Source: a virus (lineage: Duplodnaviria > Caudoviricetes). From it: 29,260 nt of DNA. The number at the start of each line of letters is the position of its first letter. The first letter of the stretch is position 1. Shown here piece after piece: positions 7,835-15,154 of the stretch. The stretch spans positions 1 to 29,260 of the IMG/VR virus record IMGVR_UViG_3300046779_001164; one strand, written 5' to 3'. A model generated the notes under the pieces. That model was not told the origin of the DNA. It was given only the letters and a program-made list of their open reading frames with translations, and ran no database searches. A program made the position numbers and the translations under genes.

Positions 7835-8848
7835 TTATGCCATTACGGTTTGGCGAACAATCTTCATTAGGCGATTCTTTTCAGCGTTTATCATTGGGTC
7901 AAAACCTGAAGCAGAAGCCAAGATTGATTCGTTGTTTCCGCCACGTGAGTTGCGATACCAATCCAAGCGTTCTGTTAGAGCGTTGAATGCTCCCCACGCT
8001 GTTCCGCTAATGGTGTTGTTGAAATCACCAACATAAATAGACTGAAGCAAGTCAATCTTACCGTCATACTTTTTCTGTGAACCCTTAGCGTCCTTAGCAG
8101 GGGCAGGGTAAGCCAACTCAACAATCTTATCGAACTGAGCCTTAGTGATTTCAGTCTGAATCATTTCGTTAGCCATGGTTGAGAACTCGTCAATGTATTT
8201 GTGAGCAAGTCCAAGAGCCTCACGTGCTACGGCAATCTTGCCCTCAGCAGTCTGAGTGTGTCGAATCTTGAATGTTTGCTTTACATCTTTCTTGCCCTTG
8301 AATGAAGACAAGGCAAGGTTTAGAGTGTTAGCACAAACAACACGAACAGGTGTGATAGAAGCCTGAATCGCAATCGAACCATCGTGAGAGGTGTTGATTA
8401 GAAGATAGTTATCAATCTTATCTGCGATTCCGTTAGGGTCAAGCGTGATAGAATCGGTTAGAGCAATCGAACCAAAGACAACACGCCCACCCTTGATTGA
8501 ACCAGCAGTTTCCCAGCGTCCACCACCGTCTAGCAGGTTGTCACCAAAACTAAACAAGTCCTCGTTCTGAAGAGGAACATAACGTTCACCAACAACACCA
8601 AGAACATCATTCTTAGACTTGTCGAATGGGTTAGTGCGAGTGACAAAAGAGTAAGACTTGTCTGAATCAAAGCCTTCTGGCAATGCTACGTCCTCTAGAC
8701 GGACATTCCAGTTGTCTAGGTGTGCGAGTTTCAACATCTCGTTAGTGTTTACTTCATCAGTGAAGACAGTGCCAAGACCATGCCAAGCAGGCTGGCGAAG
8801 CGAAGCGAATGCTGTCTGTCCGTTTACTGATTCCAAGTCGTGAGCCAT
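7835..8848 (-). CDS. DUF932 family (TIGR03299-like) phage/plasmid protein
   Basis: MAHDLE..PAWHGLG, Y.PLQN..F, ETAGSIKGG, NTSHDGS, PVRVVCANT, RHT, GTAWGAFNA motifs. Confidence 0.9.
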   Translation of the reverse strand: MAHDLESVNGQTAFASLRQPAWHGLGTVFTDEVNTNEMLKLAHLDNWNVRLEDVALPEGFDSDKSYSFVTRTNPFDKSKNDVLGVVGERYVPLQNEDLFSFGDNLLDGGGRWETAGSIKGGRVVFGSIALTDSITLDPNGIADKIDNYLLINTSHDGSIAIQASITPVRVVCANTLNLALSSFKGKKDVKQTFKIRHTQTAEGKIAVAREALGLAHKYIDEFSTMANEMIQTEITKAQFDKIVELAYPAPAKDAKGSQKKYDGKIDLLQSIYVGDFNNTISGTAWGAFNALTERLDWYRNSRGGNNESILASASGFDPMINAEKNRLMKIVRQTVMA

Positions 8849-8889
8849 GGGGAGCCAACTTTCTGTTAGGGGTGATTAGTTATAGTATT

Positions 8890-8918
8890 ATTTTACATGA
8901 GACCACAGACAATGTCAA
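8890..8918 (-). promoter_or_regulatory. sigmaA-type promoter that also carries the WTGTC spacer motif
   Basis: TTGACA-TTGTCTGTGGTCTCATG-TAAAAT. Confidence 0.8.
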
Positions 8919-8963
8919 GTGTTTTCAGCAAACATTTTCGGAGATCTTAAACTGTTTCGTAAC

Positions 8964-8992
8964 TTGACATTTGGATCAGGATCTGGTCGGCC
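8964..8992. repeat. dyad element E3 (left arm + core)
   Basis: TTGAC-N16-GGTCGGCC. Confidence 0.8.
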
Positions 8993-9000
8993 CCAAATGG

Positions 9001-9028
9001 GGCCAGTTTTACATCATGGCCAGGATGT
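9001..9028 (-). ncRNA. 3'-UTR H-type pseudoknot motif, copy 1
   Basis: ACATC-CT-GGCCA-T-GATGT-AAAAC-TGGCC; covaries with copies at 10569 and 11130. Confidence 0.65.
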
Positions 9029-9037
9029 TTCATACCC

Positions 9038-9220
9038 CTATGAAAACTTATACCACTTACGTTTATTCGCTGCATGCAATGCATCAATACGTGTGATTAC
9101 TTCATCTAGTAGGTCCCTATAGTGGCCTGCTCGCAGGTCCTTGTTATAGCTATCCATATAGTCTTTGTGAAACTCATCGCTCCACTCTTCTAGAATACTA
9201 TTCAGCTGTTTCTTCGTCAT
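9038..9220 (-). CDS. hypothetical protein
   Basis: Likely start MTKKQL at 9220. Confidence 0.55.
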   Translation of the reverse strand: MTKKQLNSILEEWSDEFHKDYMDSYNKDLRAGHYRDLLDEVITRIDALHAANKRKWYKFS

Positions 9221-9392
9221 CTTCTTCTTCCTCAATCTCTTCGACGTCAACGCTGTATACGCCGTCATATGTTATATCACTGTCCATAGTGTCTCCCCAC
9301 GACGTGAAAGCTTTTTGCTCTGCGTCCTCTTCACTGTCCGCTTCAATCTCTCCAGCGAAATCAATTCTCATGTTTACGTAGTACCTAGGCAT
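9198..9392 (-). CDS. acidic small protein (EIEADSEEDA motif)
   Basis: 64 aa; overlaps neighbours. Confidence 0.75.
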   Translation of the reverse strand: MPRYYVNMRIDFAGEIEADSEEDAEQKAFTSWGDTMDSDITYDGVYSVDVEEIEEEEDDEETAE

Positions 9393-9627
9393 TGTCTTCT
9401 CTTTCCAATGTGAATGGATTTAGTTTGTGGTCAAAGTATAGGTTCGAACAGTCAACACAGAATCCAAGTTCCTCGTGCCAAATGTCTTCCTCAACATTGG
9501 TTCCGCATTCCCAGAATCTGTTGCAAGGAAGGAAGCCAGTTGATTCATACTCTTGGTCACCTTCACAAATACGACAGAACGGATTACAGTCAAACGCTCC
9601 TTGGTGGTTTGGGCATACTTTTATCAT
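9385..9627 (-). CDS. Cys-rich hypothetical protein
   Basis: CPNH.G.FDC..FC..C; leaderless start at 9627 after promoter 9635-9657. Confidence 0.75.
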   Translation of the reverse strand: MIKVCPNHQGAFDCNPFCRICEGDQEYESTGFLPCNRFWECGTNVEEDIWHEELGFCVDCSNLYFDHKLNPFTLEREDNA

Positions 9628-9657
9628 ACCCACAATTGTAGCGGTAGGGTCTGACAT

Positions 9658-9882
9658 TTAGCAATCCCCATCCGTGTAAACCTCCAACGGTACACCAAGT
9701 CTTCCAAGGACAGACTCCCTAGCAGAAATCAATCCCTCTAGGTAGTCACCAAAGCCATCGTTGATGTCAAGGCCAAGTCTCTCTAAACGAAACTCCTGAA
9801 TCTCTTTCAGTAGCAACTCACAGAACTCAACAAGGGTGTCGCCATTGTAGTCTGCATCAGCATCTAGAACAATCTTAGTCAT
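9658..9882 (-). CDS. hypothetical protein
   Basis: 74 aa; GAGGAGG Shine-Dalgarno. Confidence 0.75.
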   Translation of the reverse strand: MTKIVLDADADYNGDTLVEFCELLLKEIQEFRLERLGLDINDGFGDYLEGLISARESVLGRLGVPLEVYTDGDC

Positions 9883-10033
9883 TGGTTTCCTCCTCTAACT
9901 CAACTGACCAATCTCCATTGGGCATGTCTTCGTGTTGCTCGATAGCACGTTCAATAACTTCTTGTTCAGATAGTTTCTCATCTGACTCAACTTCATACCA
10001 AGCAGAGTATTCGACTTCATAGCGGTATCCCAT
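9875..10033 (-). CDS. acidic small protein (52 aa, not in ORF track)
   Basis: MGYRYEVEYSAWYEVES...ETND*; TAATG coupling. Confidence 0.7.
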   Translation of the reverse strand: MGYRYEVEYSAWYEVESDEKLSEQEVIERAIEQHEDMPNGDWSVELEEETND

Positions 10034-10164
10034 TAGTTATTCTCCTCTTCTTCAAACTGGCATAGACAAGGGGTCACACGAATCATACCATTGGCTTGAG
10101 TGACAAGGGCATAGCCATCACAGGCTTCACAGTGATACAGGGTATCGTTAGGTGTAAGAATCAT
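10033..10164 (-). CDS. small CxxC...CxC protein (43 aa, not in ORF track)
   Basis: MILTPNDTLYHCEACDG...PCLCQ...; GAAAGGA Shine-Dalgarno; promoter 10190-10212. Confidence 0.7.
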   Translation of the reverse strand: MILTPNDTLYHCEACDGYALVTQANGMIRVTPCLCQFEEEENN

Positions 10165-10212
10165 AGGGGTTTCCTTTCGTTGTGTTTCCATTATAGGGGT
10201 AGGGTCAGACAT

Positions 10213-10407
10213 TTAGTCTTCCCACTCCGAAGTGTCTTGGCCGTTTAGAATGGCGGTAGCGTAGTCGTAGCGAGAGTTGTCTCCAAGTGAACCCAGTAGT
10301 TCCATCTGCTCTTCAGTGAAAGCGTCGTGGTCAGCAATAATAATCTTGCCACCTCCGTAGTTGCCATCCTCAGAGAAGTAAAGTCCATCGTATTCAACAT
10401 AAGCCAT
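10213..10407 (-). CDS. acidic hypothetical protein
   Basis: Start MAYVEY at 10407 (AAGGAG Shine-Dalgarno). Confidence 0.75.
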   Translation of the reverse strand: MAYVEYDGLYFSEDGNYGGGKIIIADHDAFTEEQMELLGSLGDNSRYDYATAILNGQDTSEWED

Positions 10408-10503
10408 GGGGGTCTCCTTTGTTTTGATAGTTCTACTATACATTAGGGGTCAGACATTTTGGGGACTTAATAGCGTGTCGTAAATAACAGGTTGATAACA
10501 GCT

Positions 10504-10533
10504 GGCCGACCCCAGATCACCACAAAAAGTCAA
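10504..10533. repeat. dyad element E4 (reversed core + right arm)
   Basis: GGCCGACC-N17-GTCAA. Confidence 0.75.
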
Positions 10534-10568
10534 GTATCAACACACCTGAAATTCCCTGATGATTGGGT

Positions 10569-10596
10569 GAGCAGTTTAGACACTTGCTCAGGTGTT
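10569..10596 (-). ncRNA. 3'-UTR H-type pseudoknot motif, copy 2
   Basis: ACAC-CT-GAGCA-A-GTGT-CTAAAC-TGCTC. Confidence 0.65.
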
Positions 10597-10603
10597 TACT
10601 TAT

Positions 10604-11053
10604 TTAGATTAGGTCAATGATTGACGAGTAGGTGCTTGCGTTTACTTCTTCCTGAGTGGTCATACGCAAGATGCGTAGGTTCTGCTCTAGGACTGCCTTG
10701 CGGTTTAGGTGCTTGTTGCCAATCCATTCAGCCTGATTAGGCTTTAGTGGTGCTTCAGGCTTCTTTGGGAAGCCGTCAATCTTGTCAGCATCAAAGGTTA
10801 GTTCCAAACGACCAGAGTGTCCAAAGCCTAGGCGAATGTCTGAGTTGTAGTCATAGCCAATCTTGTTAGCGTTCTTTGATACGAACTCAGAAACAAACTT
10901 AGCAACCTTCTTCTTGTAGGTTTCGGTGTCCTTCTCATACTTCTCATAGTCAGCAGGGTATGAAGCAACATCAGCGTCAATCTTAGCGATAGCAGCCTCA
11001 ATCTGAGAGATGATAGCAGAGGTAGGAACTTTTACAGAAATAGCACGAGCCAT
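10604..11053 (-). CDS. hypothetical protein
   Basis: Start MARAISV at 11053; the track's N-terminal extension begins inside the promoter. Confidence 0.8.
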   Translation of the reverse strand: MARAISVKVPTSAIISQIEAAIAKIDADVASYPADYEKYEKDTETYKKKVAKFVSEFVSKNANKIGYDYNSDIRLGFGHSGRLELTFDADKIDGFPKKPEAPLKPNQAEWIGNKHLNRKAVLEQNLRILRMTTQEEVNASTYSSIIDLI

Positions 11054-11129
11054 TATGAACTTCTTTCTTTTAGGGGTATTTGGTATTACTATTGTAGCAA
11101 GGGGGTCTGACATTTTACACCTTGCGGTG

Positions 11130-11157
11130 GGGCAGTTTAGACTGATACCCAGCAGAG
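11130..11157 (-). ncRNA. 3'-UTR H-type pseudoknot motif, copy 3
   Basis: CTG-CT-GGGTA-T-CAG-TCTAAAC-TGCCC (G-U pair fixes minus-strand sense). Confidence 0.6.
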
Positions 11158-11162
11158 GTTTA

Positions 11163-11309
11163 CTACTTTACAGTAGTCCAGCGAGGCTGTCCGTTTACAT
11201 CAAGACGAACACGAGCAGAGCCGTTCTTGTTCTTGACGATTTCCTGAATAGTGCCTACAACGCCAGACTTAGCGGTGGTGAACTGTGAGCCAACAGTTAG
11301 AGTGGTCAT
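11163..11309 (-). CDS. small beta-rich (SH3/KOW-like) basic protein (48 aa, not in ORF track)
   Basis: MTTLTVGSQFTTAKSGVVGTIQEIVKNKNGSARVRLDVNGQPRWTTVK*. Confidence 0.75.
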   Translation of the reverse strand: MTTLTVGSQFTTAKSGVVGTIQEIVKNKNGSARVRLDVNGQPRWTTVK

Positions 11310-11375
11310 TTTTGCTTCTTTCCGATACGAGCGTATCTGTGTGATTTAGTTATTTACAACTTTTGTTGTATTACT

Positions 11376-11404
11376 ATTATGGGGCATAAACCAAGTATTG
11401 TCAA
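11376..11404 (-). promoter_or_regulatory. sigmaA-type promoter
   Basis: TTGACA-17-CATAAT. Confidence 0.75.
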
Positions 11405-11478
11405 GCCATTTCCACATCTTTTTTCTACAAAGTTTTGGGGAGTTTTTTGGAGGTTCTTAACAAAGATCTTAATTGGAC

Positions 11479-11528
11479 TTGACAGATCGTGCTAGAAATG
11501 GTCGGCCCCCTTTCTGGGGACTTGTCAA
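11479..11528. repeat. dyad element E5 (both arms)
   Basis: TTGAC-N16-GGTCGGCC-N16-GTCAA. Confidence 0.85.
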
Positions 11529-11529
11529 G

Positions 11530-11595
11530 TCACTGATTTACTAGAAAGAATGCTAGGAATAGAATCCCAATTATAGATAGCTCTAGGATAGGCAT
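11530..11595 (-). CDS. hydrophobic micropeptide (21 aa)
   Basis: MPILELSIIGILFLAFFLVNQ*; TAATG coupling. Confidence 0.45.
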   Translation of the reverse strand: MPILELSIIGILFLAFFLVNQ

Positions 11596-11987
11596 TACTC
11601 TTCCTCTCTCAACTCAAACTCAAAGTATGCACCCATTTCGTCGTGGCTAGAACGGACACACTCAAGTTTATCACCAGTCAAGGTGAAACGCAAGGTAAAG
11701 TCTCCGTTGATAGTTAGTTTATCTAGAATCTCTTCTACGTATGTATCGCAATACCCTGAACGTCTCATCCATCCAAGGTTAGGCGAAACTATCTTGATAG
11801 GTGTCTTGTCGTGATAGTCATTAGCATTCATCCACGGCAGCAAGATAGCTTCATTAAAATATTCTTTAGAGTCTTCCCAACATCCGAAACATTCGTCATA
11901 GGAAGGGACGAGATTATCATCATCGTCATAGTATTCGCAAGTGCAGTTAGACTCAAGGGTTACTTTTACTTCTTCTAAGGTTAACAT
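11595..11987 (-). CDS. hypothetical protein (CxC...CxGC, SHD motif)
   Basis: 130 aa; AGGAG Shine-Dalgarno. Confidence 0.8.
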   Translation of the reverse strand: MLTLEEVKVTLESNCTCEYYDDDDNLVPSYDECFGCWEDSKEYFNEAILLPWMNANDYHDKTPIKIVSPNLGWMRRSGYCDTYVEEILDKLTINGDFTLRFTLTGDKLECVRSSHDEMGAYFEFELREEE

Positions 11988-12025
11988 TTTGCTCCTAGGG
12001 TTGTTAGTTAAGTTTACTATAAATA

Positions 12026-12148
12026 CTAAATAAAGTCAAAGATATCGCCATCGAATCCACCGATATCTAGATCCGCCATCAATTCGCTAGGGCTAATCTC
12101 ACCTTCGGCCATCATTGCAAACAATTCCTTTACGTACTCTTCGTCCAT
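12026..12148 (-). CDS. acidic small protein (40 aa)
   Basis: MDEEYVKELF...DIFDFI*; TAATG coupling. Confidence 0.6.
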   Translation of the reverse strand: MDEEYVKELFAMMAEGEISPSELMADLDIGGFDGDIFDFI

Positions 12149-12243
12149 TAGTAGCCTGCCTTCTCTAGGATAGATAGAATGGTGTCTAGGGTCTCTGGGT
12201 CCAGCTTGTCAATAGCTGCATCGTCAATTACGTTTTCGAACAT
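12148..12243 (-). CDS. small protein (31 aa)
   Basis: MFENVIDDAAIDKLDPETLDTILSILEKAGY*; AAGGAG Shine-Dalgarno. Confidence 0.65.
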   Translation of the reverse strand: MFENVIDDAAIDKLDPETLDTILSILEKAGY

Positions 12244-12269
12244 GTTGTCTCCTTTGGGGTTATGAAATA

Positions 12270-12298
12270 AGTTTAGCAAACTAATTACTCATTGTCAA
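12270..12298 (-). promoter_or_regulatory. sigmaA-type promoter
   Basis: TTGACA-17-TAAACT. Confidence 0.75.
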
Positions 12299-12437
12299 GG
12301 GCTTTACGCAAATTACTTTGGCGTGTCCCTTTGTATTTCTTTGGGGTTATGACCTGCTTCTTACCAGCCTTCAGCATAGACTGGAATAACGCTTGACTCT
12401 CAGCCTTGCGTCTTGCTTCATTCCTTTTACCTAACAT
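12285..12437 (-). CDS. basic small protein (50 aa)
   Basis: MLGKRNEARRKAES...KYKGTRQSNLRKALDNE*; leaderless after promoter 12444-12466. Confidence 0.65.
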   Translation of the reverse strand: MLGKRNEARRKAESQALFQSMLKAGKKQVITPKKYKGTRQSNLRKALDNE

Positions 12438-12808
12438 GCTACTAGCCTATCAGATACCTCAGACATTGAACGAACAAAGTTTTTGCCTCGTGTCTTGTTT
12501 TCCCCTGCCTTGCGGATAGCCTCTTGTTGGAAGTGGGTGTGGATAGCGTGGCAATTCTTACACAACACACGACACTTAGCCAACTCTAAGGCAAAGACAA
12601 GCGTGTTGTAGTTTATCATAGTTCCAGGGCTAGGTCGTCTACCAGTCTTAGTGACGTGCTTAGTGTTAGGGTCTATGTGGTCTAGGTCTAGGGCACTAGG
12701 GTGGGCATTGAATCCACAGTCCTCACAACCGTTAGCCTTCTTCTCAGCCAAAGCCTTTTTGTTTACTTCTATGTTTGTAGATTGACTACGAGGGGTATTT
12801 GTTTTCAT
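12431..12808 (-). CDS. HNH endonuclease family protein
   Basis: CEDCG...LDLDHIDP...CRVLCKNCH; leaderless start at 12808. Confidence 0.85.
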   Translation of the reverse strand: MKTNTPRSQSTNIEVNKKALAEKKANGCEDCGFNAHPSALDLDHIDPNTKHVTKTGRRPSPGTMINYNTLVFALELAKCRVLCKNCHAIHTHFQQEAIRKAGENKTRGKNFVRSMSEVSDRLVAC

Positions 12809-12876
12809 AGGATAAGTATACATAAAACCTCCGACAATTTGGGGATTTGGGGCAAATTTCTTAACAATTTTAATGC

Positions 12877-12925
12877 TTGACTTTTGATAAGAAAAGGGCC
12901 GACCAGATCCAGGAGCTTTTGTCAA
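12877..12925. repeat. dyad element E6 (both arms, reversed core)
   Basis: TTGAC-N15-GGCCGACC-N16-GTCAA. Confidence 0.85.
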
Positions 12926-12944
12926 GCCCTGGTCTGGCGTGTCG

Positions 12945-13046
12945 TTAAAAAGGTGGCTGACTCTTTAGCACACTCTTGAGCAGTAGCAAAATAGCAATAC
13001 CGCCAAGAATGTTTAGCACAGCAGAAGCAAGAAATAGAATCTCCAT
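12945..13046 (-). CDS. small membrane protein (33 aa)
   Basis: MEILFLASAVLNILGGIAILLLLKSVLKSQPPF*. Confidence 0.6.
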   Translation of the reverse strand: MEILFLASAVLNILGGIAILLLLKSVLKSQPPF

Positions 13047-13216
13047 TAGTTCCCCTTTACGGCATTACGGAATCGAATCTCATCAAAGCGAGGATTATCG
13101 CTCTTGAACATAGAAACGAAATCGCCAACCATCTTTGTGAATAGGGCAGGGTGAGTCTTGTCGCTTGCGTAGTTTAGAATCTTTGCGGTTTCTACATAGT
13201 CTTTGCGTGTCATCAT
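13046..13216 (-). CDS. conserved phage small protein (MTRKDY...DNPRFD type, 56 aa)
   Basis: MMTRKDYVETAKIL...SDNPRFDEIRFRNAV; TAATG coupling. Confidence 0.8.
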   Translation of the reverse strand: MMTRKDYVETAKILNYASDKTHPALFTKMVGDFVSMFKSDNPRFDEIRFRNAVKGN

Positions 13217-13383
13217 TAGTTGTTCCCCTTTTCCACTACTGACAAAATAAACTTAGCAGTCTTTAGGTCAACTGCCGCTGTTGCTAGACCTGCCATTCTG
13301 GCATAGGCAAGTTCGCCATTCTCAGCCTTTAGGATAGCCATAGCCTTATCCATTATTTCCATTGAGTTCTTTTCCATTTTCAT
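13216..13383 (-). CDS. hypothetical protein
   Basis: Start at 13383 or 13377; the track's start lies within the promoter. Confidence 0.7.
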   Translation of the reverse strand: MKMEKNSMEIMDKAMAILKAENGELAYARMAGLATAAVDLKTAKFILSVVEKGNN

Positions 13384-13428
13384 TTCCTGTTCTTTAGATG
13401 TATTTAGTTTAGCATTGGGGTCAGACAT

Positions 13429-13560
13429 TTATTTGAATGACTCAACCATGATGATGGGGTATTCCAGCCCAAACTTGAAAAGGTCACGGGTATCAACGGC
13501 GGACACGGTCATTACTCCGTCAAGGAGATAGGTGACTTTGAACATTTCTGACTTTGGCAT
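13429..13560 (-). CDS. small protein (43 aa)
   Basis: MPKSEMFKVTYLLDG...ESFK*; own promoter 13590-13612. Confidence 0.65.
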   Translation of the reverse strand: MPKSEMFKVTYLLDGVMTVSAVDTRDLFKFGLEYPIIMVESFK

Positions 13561-13611
13561 TAGTTGCCCTTTCTTTTGATTATGGATTTATCTTAGCAGT
13601 GACCTAAGACA

Positions 13612-13752
13612 TTATAGGTAGTCGTTAGGGTCAAGGTTGAGGTAGTCCACAGCCTTTTCCAACGGCATCATTCCGTCATACTCTTCACAGTTAGGGCAAA
13701 CGATAGTGTCCGAAGTAAAAACACTCTCGCAGTATACGCACATCTTGTCCAT
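13612..13752 (-). CDS. Zn-ribbon small protein (46 aa)
   Basis: CVYC...CPNC; GAAAGGA Shine-Dalgarno; promoter 13778-13800. Confidence 0.7.
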   Translation of the reverse strand: MDKMCVYCESVFTSDTIVCPNCEEYDGMMPLEKAVDYLNLDPNDYL

Positions 13753-13875
13753 TAGTTTTCCTTTCGTTGTTAAGATAAATCTATCACAGCCCTACGACAT
13801 TTATCTACATTTAGGGGGTGTTTTGCGTTGTAAGTTTCTACAAACTTTCGGGAGCTTTTTTGTATCGTACGTAAG

Positions 13876-13926
13876 TTATCCACAGAGTTATCCACAGGGC
13901 CGACCACACAAATGACTTTTAGTCAA
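13876..13926. repeat. dyad element E7: two DnaA boxes + reversed core + right arm
   Basis: TTATCCACA-3-TTATCCACA-G-GGCCGACC-N16-GTCAA. Confidence 0.85.
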
Positions 13927-14113
13927 ATGCGTAGCGAGATGCGTACATCTCTCCAATAGCCTCCTCCTGGATTTGGCGGTTCTCCGCTTGGCGAAGGTAC
14001 TCCTTCTGCTCAGGGGTCATTGCTGCCTCCTCAGCAGCCATCTCCTCCTGCCAAGCGAGGAAATCCTCGAACTCAGCCTGCATCTCTTCTGGGGTCATCT
14101 CGTCTGGGAACAT
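13919..14113 (-). CDS. highly acidic small protein
   Basis: 64 aa, E/D-rich; GAAAGG Shine-Dalgarno; promoter 14137-14159. Confidence 0.75.
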   Translation of the reverse strand: MFPDEMTPEEMQAEFEDFLAWQEEMAAEEAAMTPEQKEYLRQAENRQIQEEAIGEMYASRYAFD

Positions 14114-14209
14114 GGTTTACCTTTCGTTATAAGACAAACCTATCACATGCCTCAGACATTTACAAATCCAACACGCCGTTATTTGGGGATCTTTTTAAAG
14201 CTTCTTAAC

Positions 14210-14258
14210 TTGACAACTGTGATCGTTGGGGGTCGGCCCCTTTCGGGGTAGATGTCAA
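14210..14258. repeat. dyad element E8 (both arms)
   Basis: TTGAC-N16-GGTCGGCC-N15-GTCAA. Confidence 0.85.
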
Positions 14259-14416
14259 GCTGACACGCCATCTAATTCAAAAAATTTTAGGATACCATCA
14301 CGCAAGTTAAAGATAGACTCTTCATCCCAATCTTTTACAAAAAAGGAAGGGTACCATTTATCAATAAAACGCAAAGCACAACTAACGCAATCACTTTTAC
14401 CTAAGCAAGCACACAT
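14255..14416 (-). CDS. Cys-rich small protein (53 aa)
   Basis: MCACLGKSDCVSC...GVSA*; TAATG coupling. Confidence 0.55.
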   Translation of the reverse strand: MCACLGKSDCVSCALRFIDKWYPSFFVKDWDEESIFNLRDGILKFFELDGVSA

Positions 14417-14526
14417 TAGCGGTTATCCTTATCGTTCTTTAGACTGTCAATGTAGAGGGCATTCATAGAGAGGAAGACAGACAAGGCAAGTCCGCCAATG
14501 ATTAGCCAAGAGATTAGAGGGGTCAT
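14416..14526 (-). CDS. small membrane protein (36 aa)
   Basis: MTPLISWLIIGGLALSVFLSMNALYID... Confidence 0.55.
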   Translation of the reverse strand: MTPLISWLIIGGLALSVFLSMNALYIDSLKNDKDNR

Positions 14527-14531
14527 TTTTA

Positions 14532-14624
14532 TTAGTCCTGTTCTGGGGTAGTGAATAGTTCGCTAGGGTTAGCAAGCATTAGGTCAATCTTGAAGATTAG
14601 TTCTTCTAGTTCGTTGATGTCCAT
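14532..14624 (-). CDS. small acidic protein (30 aa)
   Basis: MDINELEELIFKIDLML...; GAAAGG Shine-Dalgarno; promoter 14651-14673. Confidence 0.6.
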   Translation of the reverse strand: MDINELEELIFKIDLMLANPSELFTTPEQD

Positions 14625-14673
14625 TAGTATTACCTTTCTTGATTACTTAGATTCTATTACAGGGGTCAGACAA

Positions 14674-14868
14674 TTAAGCGTTAGGGCCATACCAGATACG
14701 GATAACTAGGGCGGTAGCAAAGCCAAAGAATACTAGCCCAGCAAGGTAGGCAATAGATACAGCGTAGTAAGCACCATCCATAGTTAGGTCAATGCAAAAC
14801 AAGGTTAGGGTGAAGAATACGGTTGAGGCGAATAGGAGGATGAAGTTCTGGATTGAGTAACGAGACAT
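14674..14868 (-). CDS. two-TM membrane protein
   Basis: 64 aa hydrophobic; promoter 14900-14922. Confidence 0.7.
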   Translation of the reverse strand: MSRYSIQNFILLFASTVFFTLTLFCIDLTMDGAYYAVSIAYLAGLVFFGFATALVIRIWYGPNA

Positions 14869-14925
14869 TTTTCTGTTCTTTCTTTTAGGTTATGTATTTA
14901 TCTTAGTATAGGGGTCAGACAATGT

Positions 14926-15045
14926 CTAGTTAGACACGCCGTAGATGATTGAACAACCCTCGCAACGCTTCTCGTTGCTGTAGAGGTTTCCCTCGCAGAT
15001 GTCGCAGTGTCCTGTTGCTACGCCTAGTAGTTTGTATTCTGTCAT
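14926..15045 (-). CDS. Zn-ribbon small protein (39 aa)
   Basis: CDIC...CEGC; promoter 15076-15104. Confidence 0.65.
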   Translation of the reverse strand: MTEYKLLGVATGHCDICEGNLYSNEKRCEGCSIIYGVSN

Positions 15046-15075
15046 TTCTTTACTTCTTTCTTTCTTTATACCTAA

Positions 15076-15104
15076 AGCCTATACCCTACATCAGACATTG
15101 TCAA
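15076..15104 (-). promoter_or_regulatory. first leftward promoter (-35 + WTGTC motif + -10)
   Basis: TTGACA-ATGTCTGATGTAGGGTA-TAGGCT with GACACGCC box 3 nt upstream. Confidence 0.75.
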
Positions 15105-15154
15105 CACGACACGCCGATGAATAGGGGCTTTTTTATAACAAACGTATAACATAG

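Noticed and set aside
9628-13428. Shared 'MSDP' N-terminus of ORFs 9385..9657, 10604..11113 and 13216..13428 as a common leader peptide
   Set aside because: The ATG is part of the promoter motif AATGTCWGACCC upstream of the -10 box, so it is not transcribed from that promoter; the real starts are downstream.
4526-14258. TTGACA arms of the dyad elements as ordinary promoters
   Set aside because: The GC-rich core sits where the -10 hexamer should be; no TANNNT at 16-18 nt.
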